64,000 nt of DNA from NCBI GenBank assembly GCA_903863195.1, contig CAIPAY010000116.1:8326-72325 (forward strand), in the 5' to 3' direction. Of this stretch, positions 61,636-64,000 are shown piece after piece. The translations under genes were made by a program, and so were the position numbers. Source of the DNA: an uncultured Holophagaceae bacterium. GTDB taxonomy: Bacteria > Acidobacteriota > Holophagae > Holophagales > Holophagaceae. Position 1 is the first letter of the stretch. Every line of letters starts with the position of its first letter. The notes under the pieces were generated by a model, which saw only the letters and a list, made by a program, of their open reading frames with translations, searched no databases and was not told where the DNA came from.

Positions 61636-61724
61636 TTTTGTGTTCTTTGTGTTCTTTGTGGTTAAACCAGCTTTACAAGAAAAGCTGAACCACAAAGAAC
61701 ACAAAGGGCACAAAGGGCACAAAG
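61636..61724. repeat. AT-rich imperfect palindrome built from tandem 9-nt units (3 units on the left arm, 4 on the right) with a nested 7-bp hairpin
   Basis: Left arm: TTTTGTGTT CTTTGTGTT CTTTGTGGT (61636-61662). Right arm: ACCACAAAG AACACAAAG GGCACAAAG GGCACAAAG (61689-61724). 61645-61663 is the perfect reverse complement of 61688-61706 (19 bp). The inner hairpin is CAGCTTT/AAAGCTG (61668-61687). It lies between two convergent genes. Confidence 0.9.
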
Positions 61725-61796
61725 AACAACAGCCACGGATCTCTTTGAGGTTATTGCGGTATTCCTGGTGATGCCTTTGTTGGCCCAGTGCGGACG

Positions 61797-62588
61797 TCAG
61801 ATCTCGACGACTTCGATGTCGCCCATTTCTTCTTCGAGGAAGCGGCTGCCCACTTCTTTCAGGCGGCTGCTGGCATCCGTGAGCTGGACGCGCAGGCTCC
61901 CCCGGGCGCTCTCAGTGCGGTAGCCGAGGCTGCCCTTCAGGAGCCGGTCCACGGCCCTGGCGGTGACACGGCCGCTGTCGATCCACTGGGTGCCCGGACG
62001 GCTCCGCTCCAGGCTCGTCATCAGGGTCGGGTAGTGGGTGCAGCCCAGGACCACGGTCTTGACCTCGAAGGGGAGCTGGTTCATGTAGCGGCGGCAGATG
62101 CTGTCCGTGACGGGATCGTCGAACCAGCCTTCTTCAGCCAGTGGCACCAGCAGGGGGCAGGCCACGCTGAAGATCACCTTGCCGGGATCGCGGCGGCGGA
62201 TGGCCAGCTCGTAGGCCTCGCTGCTCACGGTGGCCAGGGTGCCGATGATGCCGACCGCGCCTGGGCGCTCGGCGGCGGCCTCCGCGCCGGGCTCGATCAC
62301 GCCGATGACGGGACAGGGACTGACGGCCTGCAGGGCATCCAGGCCGTGGGCGCTGGCCGTGTTGCAGGCGATGACGACGAGCTTGGGCTCGTGCCGCTGG
62401 AGCAGCTCACCCATCTGCAGGGTGTAGCGCTCGATGGTCCGGTGGCTCTTGGTGCCGTAGGGCAGCCGCGCCGTGTCCCCGAGGTAGACCAGGTCCTCCT
62501 GGGGCAGCAGCTGGCGCAGCGCGTGGATCACGGTCAGGCCGCCGATGCCTGAGTCGAAGACGCCGATGGGCTGGTTGGCCCGCGTCAT
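61797..62588 (-). CDS. murI: Glutamate racemase
   Basis: From ATG 62588: MTRANQPIGVFDSGIGGLTVIHAL...YLGDTARLPYGTKS...VIACNTAS...GCTHYP. ATGA overlap with the prmA stop. Confidence 0.9.
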   Translation of the reverse strand: MTRANQPIGVFDSGIGGLTVIHALRQLLPQEDLVYLGDTARLPYGTKSHRTIERYTLQMGELLQRHEPKLVVIACNTASAHGLDALQAVSPCPVIGVIEPGAEAAAERPGAVGIIGTLATVSSEAYELAIRRRDPGKVIFSVACPLLVPLAEEGWFDDPVTDSICRRYMNQLPFEVKTVVLGCTHYPTLMTSLERSRPGTQWIDSGRVTARAVDRLLKGSLGYRTESARGSLRVQLTDASSRLKEVGSRFLEEEMGDIEVVEI

Positions 62589-63454
62589 GCGGACACCCGC
62601 ACGGCGAGAATGGCGATCCACTCGCCTTCGGTGAGCACCTTCTCGGGCCGGAAGCCGTGGGTGACCAGGCTCACCAGGGCCTCGTCCGTGCGCTCCGCCA
62701 GGATGCCGCTGGCGATGAGCCAGCCCCCGGGCGCGGCCACCTCCGCCATGCGGGGCAGCAGCTCCTGGATGGTCACGAGCAGGATGTTGGCCAGCAGGCC
62801 CGCGTAGGGCCCGGTCACCCGTGGGTGGTCCAGGGTGCCGACGAAGCTCTCGTAGGGGGTGGCGCCCTTCAGCAGGTGCGCGTTCAGCTCCATCAGCTCG
62901 TCCATGGCCGGGCCGCAGTCCGGGTCGATGTCGAAGGCCGTGAGGCCCTGTCCGCCCAGCAGGAAGGCCGCCAGCGACAGGATGCCCGTGCCCGCGCCGA
63001 TGTCCAGGACCGGCCCCTGCAGGCGCCCGGCGTCGGCCAGCTCCTCCAGCAGGGTCATGCAGAGCCGCGTGGTCTCGTGGCCGCCCGTGCCGAAGGCCAG
63101 GCCCGGATTCACCACCAGGTCGAGGCGGTCCGCGGGTCCCGGCGTCTCGTCCCAGAGGGGGCGCACATGGAACCGCGAGCCCACCTCGAAGGCGCCGAAG
63201 CCCTCACGGCTCTTGGCCAGCCAGTCCTCGTCGCCAAAGTGCTCGGCCTCCAGCAGGCAGACCCCTGGAAAGGCCGTCAGGCCCGCCGTATCAGGGGGCG
63301 CCTGGTCCGGCGGGAAGTAGGCGTAGCAGGCCCGGGGCGGATCCGCCTCGCGGTAGAAGGCCGAGGAACCCACCGCCTCCAGCCAGGCGCAGAGGCCTTC
63401 CTCCTGGGCATCCGGCACGCCCAGCTTCCATCGCAGATGTATCGCGCTCACCAT
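62585..63454 (-). CDS. prmA: Ribosomal protein L11 methyltransferase
   Basis: LAFGTGGHETTRLCMTLLEE...VLDIGAGTGILSLAA...; size and motif match PrmA. Confidence 0.85.
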   Translation of the reverse strand: MVSAIHLRWKLGVPDAQEEGLCAWLEAVGSSAFYREADPPRACYAYFPPDQAPPDTAGLTAFPGVCLLEAEHFGDEDWLAKSREGFGAFEVGSRFHVRPLWDETPGPADRLDLVVNPGLAFGTGGHETTRLCMTLLEELADAGRLQGPVLDIGAGTGILSLAAFLLGGQGLTAFDIDPDCGPAMDELMELNAHLLKGATPYESFVGTLDHPRVTGPYAGLLANILLVTIQELLPRMAEVAAPGGWLIASGILAERTDEALVSLVTHGFRPEKVLTEGEWIAILAVRVSA

Positions 63455-63474
63455 CCCGAGATCTTAGCAGGAGG

Positions 63475-64000
63475 CTACTCTGCTTCCGCCTCGGGCGGGT
63501 CCTCGAGGTCCAGGCGCTTCATCTTCTCTAGGAACGTGGTGCGCTTGAGGCCCAGCAGATCCGCGGCGCGCTTCTTGTTGCCGCGGGTGATGGCGAGGCT
63601 CTGCAGCATCAGCGTCTTCTCCATGCCCGACACCACCTGGTTCAGGTCCAGGCCCTCCGGCGGCAGGTCCATGCCGAAGGCCGGGGCCGGCTCGCGGGGG
63701 ACGAAGGGTTCGGGTGGGTGGAACTCGGTCCCGGTGCCCGGCTCCGCAGCCAGATCGCCCCGGCGCTCGGCGAGGAAGGCGAAGTCCTCCCGGGTGAGCA
63801 CAGGCCGCTTGTCGGACAGCACGATGGCCCGCTCGATGGCGTTCTCCAACTGGCGGACGTTCCCGGGCCAGGGCAGCGCCATGAGCAGCGGATCTACGCT
63901 GGGGTGCAGGGCCTTGGGGTAGAGGCCGTGCTCGCGAGCCTTGCGGTTCAGGAAGTGCTGGGCCAGGAAGGGCACCTCCTCCGGCCGGGCGCGCAGGGGC
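63475..64000 (-). CDS. Sigma-54-dependent (NtrC-family) transcriptional regulator, C-terminal part; the 5' end lies outside the window
   Basis: The minus-strand frame is open to the window edge: ...RPEEVPFLAQHFLNRKAREHG...LPWPGNVRQLENAIERAIVL... (AAA+ C-terminal region), then the Fis-type HTH NKKRAADLLGLKRTTFLEKMKRL. Confidence 0.8.
   Translation of the reverse strand, partial: PLRARPEEVPFLAQHFLNRKAREHGLYPKALHPSVDPLLMALPWPGNVRQLENAIERAIVLSDKRPVLTREDFAFLAERRGDLAAEPGTGTEFHPPEPFVPREPAPAFGMDLPPEGLDLNQVVSGMEKTLMLQSLAITRGNKKRAADLLGLKRTTFLEKMKRLDLEDPPEAEAE

Noticed and set aside
61534-61722. 62-aa ORF (MCPLCPLCSLWFSF...) spanning the palindromic repeat.
   Set aside because: Its 'Cys-Pro-Leu' periodicity is simply the translated 9-nt DNA repeat, and there is no RBS. 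It is an artefact of the repeat.
61636-61724. Whether the 9-nt repeat block is a CRISPR array, or an origin or DnaA-box cluster (TGTGGTTAA resembles TGTGNATAA).
   Set aside because: The repeats are 9 nt, directly abutting and without spacers, and no cas genes are present. The DnaA-like match is a single imperfect box, and the genes flanking the element (a histidine kinase and murI) are not an origin context.

Overview
High-GC (about 70% by eye) bacterial chromosomal window, densely coded on both strands. I found no rRNA, tRNA, CRISPR array, transposase or integrase. The taxon is not determinable from sequence alone; PEGA, Roadblock, sigma-54 and heptose genes fit a Gram-negative such as Acidobacteriota or Myxococcota, at low confidence.

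Layout:
- **1-7715:** a Roadblock/LC7 gene fragment, a secreted hypothetical, then a plus-strand operon. The operon encodes a HEAT-repeat protein with a degenerate receiver domain, a TPR plus beta-propeller protein, a PEGA-domain protein and a small membrane-anchored protein.
- **7787-12090:** aroA, followed by a large atypical sigma-54 enhancer-binding protein.
- **12079-48254:** a roughly 36-kb island of about 33 sugar-nucleotide and glycosyltransferase genes. This is the main accessory region.
- **48339-64000:** housekeeping and regulatory genes: mutL, a secreted HExxH/beta-propeller protein, a metallophosphoesterase, a UPF0016 half-transporter, rnd-fliW-csrA-yjfB, uvrA, a CHAD gene coupled to a histidine kinase, murI, prmA and a partial NtrC-type regulator.

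The island combines three parts:
- A heptose-type activation route (GmhA-like SIS isomerase, PfkB kinase, GmhB phosphatase, NTP-transferase). It is embedded with a split transketolase, an APH-like kinase, a HAD hydrolase, two DegT aminotransferases, two radical-SAM enzymes (one B12-dependent with a C-methyltransferase-like tail) and a SAM methyltransferase.
- A WbuC cupin / C-methyltransferase pair.
- A legionaminic-acid-type nonulosonic acid operon (NeuB, NeuC, NeuD-family, CBS-NTP-transferase, DegT, LegB-like, SDR, Gfo/Idh/MocA). An acetolactate-synthase-like TPP enzyme is inserted in it, and no CMP-sugar synthetase is present.

The only glycosyltransferases are two TPR-fused enzymes and one 900-aa multi-module GT4 protein. 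I could see no lipid-carrier priming transferase, flippase, polymerase, ligase or exporter. My leading hypothesis is therefore a cytoplasmic protein-glycosylation system (possibly of flagellin) that builds an unusual higher-carbon or branched, poly-aminated, methylated sugar plus a nonulosonic acid.

All functional calls come from motif recognition by eye in the supplied translations. No database search was run.
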